This document shows positions 63,028 to 64,000 of a stretch of 64,000 nucleotides of DNA, piece by piece (within the stretch, counting starts at the first letter, position 1; each line of letters starts with the position of its first letter). Where the stretch lies: contig OZ249447.1 of NCBI GenBank assembly GCA_965235115.1, positions 1,488,001 to 1,552,000 on the forward strand, given 5' to 3'. Source of the stretch: Laetmonice hystrix. Taxonomy: Eukaryota. Both the position numbers and the translations under genes were made by a program. The notes under the pieces were generated by a model. The model was not told the DNA's origin, did no database searches, and saw only the letters and a list, made by a program, of their open reading frames with translations.

Positions 63028-63432
63028 AGGCTGAGCCTCGATCTGATGCCAACCTCCTGGCAGCCGCTGATCGTACCGTTTCCCGCCGTACACCCCGGCG
63101 CCCCCTCCCTCCCTCCCTCCATCCGGGCGTGGGAGGATCCCCGCGTCCCGACTCTGCCGCCATACCGCCAGCCCGTGGGGCCAGGTATATTGAATGAGAA
63201 CGTTGCAGGAATTTGCCTTCTGGAAAAACAAGCCTTGCCTCAAGACATAGCGTTTCTCTGAACTTCCCGCATGCAAGCGTGCATTTGAGACAGAGGGGAC
63301 TGAGTGCATAGGTCAGAGGTTGGAAATTTAAATAAATTAATTATCTCAAGACACTACATCCTTATTTATAGACTTCTCGGAATTTTTAAGATCTATGGAA
63401 GAAAGCGTTTTGCTACTAGTCAGTCAACCCTT

Positions 63433-63597
63433 TGTATGGAGACGCTAAAACAGGACGCATGTACCCTCTGTATGGAGACGCTAAAACAGGACGCATGTAC
63501 CCTCTGTATGGAGACGCTAAAACAGGACGCATGTACCCTCTGTATGGAGACGCTAAAACACTCTGTATGGAGACGCTAAAACAGGACGCATGTACAG
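63433..63597. repeat. 36-bp tandem repeat, ~4.5 copies
   Basis: CTGTATGGAGACGCTAAAACAGGACGCATGTACCCT. Confidence 0.94.
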
Positions 63598-64000
63598 ACT
63601 TTATAAGGACATACATATGTATATCCTGTCAAATCTGAACAAATGAAATAAAAAATTTTTTGTATATCGTAGTTCTTTCCGGTCTGTCAACCAGCTCCCT
63701 GGGCGTTAAGGAGCAGACGCACCCGTTGTCAAATGTGCGCGTGAAGAAGCAAAAGATGACGTTGAAGGACAACAAAAAAAGACACAAAAACAACAACATA
63801 ACAACAACAAAAACGAAGACATGAAATAAATCTAGTCAACCGTATCGGCCAGGCTATATATGTCACTACTGTCGCCCCCTGACGGTGGTCATCGGCAGGT
63901 GAGTGATGCCTGGCGGAGCGTGACGACGTCTGTTGTCACGGGGGGGGGGGGGCAGGACCTCAATAAGGGCACTGGGTCATCAGACGGCGAGACCTCGCCG

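Noticed and set aside
62818-63309. 163-aa minus and 101-aa plus ORFs in a GC-rich island
   Set aside because: Open frames are expected at this GC content, and no recognisable motif is present
257-63597. CRISPR array
   Set aside because: Units are head-to-tail with no unique spacers, no cas genes are present, and the context is eukaryotic
63670-63830. Possible RT C-terminus (minus) or exon (plus) near the window end
   Set aside because: No diagnostic motif and no convincing donor

Overview
This is animal genomic DNA, probably from a lophotrochozoan invertebrate such as a mollusc (inferred from repeat style and SINE/LINE types). It contains one 226-N assembly gap. About half the window (my tally is ~32 kb) consists of ~45 mostly unrelated minisatellite arrays with units of 11-112 bp, and nearly all long ORFs in the supplied track are translations of these arrays. 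Well-supported non-tandem features are a 3' fragment of an I/Nimb-type LINE (RNase H tail plus CCHC finger), a ~220-bp foldback MITE, a TTAA-flanked Kolobok-like element, tRNA-derived SINE fragments and several strong CTCF-consensus motifs. I could not identify any protein-coding gene by homology. Several short unique islands have plausible splice sites and open frames and are listed as low-confidence candidate exons. Two patterns stand out. First, many array units are built from + strand splice signals: an AG|GT ratchet-like unit, a complete 3' splice-site unit, an array ending in a consensus donor, and tandem 71-nt mini-introns separated by telomere-type repeats. Second, many units carry perfect nuclear-receptor half-sites (DR5, DR3, ERE, ERRE). 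Both patterns are visible in the sequence; any function is inference.
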